Shown here piece after piece: positions 62,192 to 64,000 of a stretch of 64,000 bases of DNA. Both the position numbers and the translations under genes were made by a program. Below the pieces are notes generated by a model. That model saw only the letters and a list, made by a program, of their open reading frames with translations. It did no database searches and was not told the origin of the DNA. Numbering within the stretch: the stretch's first letter is position 1; every line of letters starts with the position of its first letter. The stretch is from positions 11,036,001-11,100,000 of the forward strand of contig NC_047081.1 of NCBI RefSeq assembly GCF_902459465.1. The letters run 5' to 3'. Source of the stretch: Asterias rubens. Its lineage: Eukaryota.

Positions 62192-63754
62192 AAAATACTA
62201 TTTGTAAAAAGTATGGAAGGCCCATACATACTGCCAAATACGCTGGATTCCCTCAAGAAACGGTCTTCTTTGATTTTTGTAAACTTATAATATTAGTTGA
62301 GTGCTGAGACAGTGTGAGCACTGCTTCCACGAAATTGCATTGCAAATGCAAGTTCGTCGTTCCACTTTCACCGATGCGATAGCTAGCGGAACGAACCTTT
62401 TCCATATGCAAAGTTCTAGGACCGTGTGGGTATGTTTGCCCGATCATGGGGACTTGCAATTGCAACTAACAAATAATTCGCAATAATTATTTACCTGTAG
62501 ATTAAAATCTCCAAGAAAAACGTTTTTTTTTTCACAACAAACGAAGCGCAACCATCATTCGAACTCTTTCTCAACTTTCGCATGAAACCTCTTCAGCTGC
62601 CCCTGACTATTTTGCTTTGCGCGTGTATTACAACAATGAAGTCTGGGGTATATACAATAGTTTTTATCAAACAACAGAGGTCGCTATTTTTTGTTAGCGA
62701 CTGTTTAGCTGTTGCTGGCCGCATTATGATGTTCGTTGGCCAAGTGACGAGGCACGTCTTTGCCCGACATTTCTTCCTCCATGATTTCCATCAGTGTCGT
62801 TTGAAGGATGAAAAGGGAATTTACATTTGTTTAGCTTTGATGTCAAGCTCTTACCATCGGACAAAATTGATCAAAATTCAATCAGTTGATGTTAATTAAC
62901 CGTCAACAAGACACAAGCCGGGACAAAATGATCCCCATGACACTGGCGGCCCCGCGATGTGCAGCAATTTTTGTTTGTGAACTTCAAAACGGCCACTGTC
63001 GTAGTGCTTTTCAATGCGGAAATGTTTTTTCAAAATTGATTTGAAAAGCAAATCCTTAAACAACATCAGGAACATTTTTTAGGGTGGCAATTTTGATGAA
63101 CAGAAAAACAAATTCCTGGCGGGCAGCAGGGGGAGACCCCCCTTATATTATTTAATATTTAGGGCGCCCTCTTGAAAACTTTCATAGCCCGCGGGATCAA
63201 CTATCTATGCACAGGCGTAAACGTCACACAAAACAAAGACAATTGAAACACCATCCCCCCCAAAATTAACATTAAAGATATGTTTTTTGTAATAAAATAT
63301 TAATTTTTTATTGCCTCTAGATTTAATTTCAGGCAATATTTTTTATTTATTAAAACAACAACCCCTCGTCCCAACAAAATCACAACTACACTTTTTTTTT
63401 AATTACAAGAAAACTGTTTAAAATATAATGGGCATTAAGCGAGGAGACTCCTGAAGACGATCATATAGCATACTAATCGAATGGTTGAGTTGTCAACCGA
63501 CGGTTCTTTTTTAGAACACTAAAATATATTGGTGCTAATACTTGGTCCTATCGCAACCTCACTAAACTATCCACGTTACAAAATGTATAACCCCAATCAT
63601 GAGACTTTTTGTTCAATACTGATCAATTCTTTCGAACGGGTCCTTTGCAGGGGACAGTCAGAAAAGAGCAGATACTGATCCCTGTATCCCCGTTCTCAAA
63701 AAAACTATATTCTGTTGAGAGTTCTGTAGTAAAAAGTTGCAGTTTGAAGACCAG

Positions 63755-63925
63755 GGGTGGATTTCTCAAAGGTAGTCCTAACTTAGGACTAGTCCTAGGC
63801 AATGCTAAGAGATAGGACTGGTCCTAAGTTAGGATGAGTTACTGGTCCTAACTTAGGACCAGTCCTATCTATTAGCATTGCCTAGGACTAGTCCTAAGTT
63901 AGGACTACCTTTGTGAAATCCACCC
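63755..63925. mobile_element. Near-perfect palindromic PIF/Harbinger-like MITE with a CAG TSD
   Basis: cag|gggtggatttctcaaaggtagtcctaacttaggact...agtcctaagttaggactacctttgtgaaatccaccc|cag. Confidence 0.88.
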
Positions 63926-64000
63926 CAGCAGAAGTGGCTGTTATCAGATCCCTTATAAGGAACTAAAGACTGTCTTCTTCACCAAGATGTCACTGGGCGA

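Overview
Intron-rich animal genomic DNA with GT-AG introns. The repeat and gene content suggest a marine invertebrate deuterostome, probably a sea star (inference). Gene structures were assembled by eye from splice sites and reading frames. From left to right: (1) the first two exons of a group XII secreted phospholipase A2 on the minus strand, head-to-head with (2) a sphingomyelin synthase-related gene (SAMD8/SMSr, SAM domain plus lipid-phosphate-phosphatase fold); (3) a tandem paralog of SMSr that lacks the SAM domain, has the same intron positions, a 14.4-kb intron and altered active-site motifs; (4) a complete 11-exon isovaleryl-CoA dehydrogenase (IVD); (5) a 6.2/7.4-kb tandem segmental duplication that carries the last IVD exon (9 differences between copies, all synonymous) and a whole sigma-class GST (10 amino-acid differences, mostly in substrate-site helices); (6) two paralogous minus-strand genes (504 and about 469 aa), each with a single coding exon. 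These two genes have an architecture I do not recognise: a ubiquitin/PB1-like N-terminus, two NAB NCD2-like repeats, an acidic linker (with an HCF-1 motif in one copy), a coiled coil and a basic tail. They are the best candidate for an undescribed system. Introns and intergenic DNA are full of non-autonomous transposons (TTAA-flanked, CWG-flanked and 8-bp-TSD families, often nested in one another), tRNA-derived SINEs and minisatellites. There are no prokaryotic features, CRISPR arrays, rRNA or intact tRNA genes. All homology calls come from remembered family motifs, not database searches.
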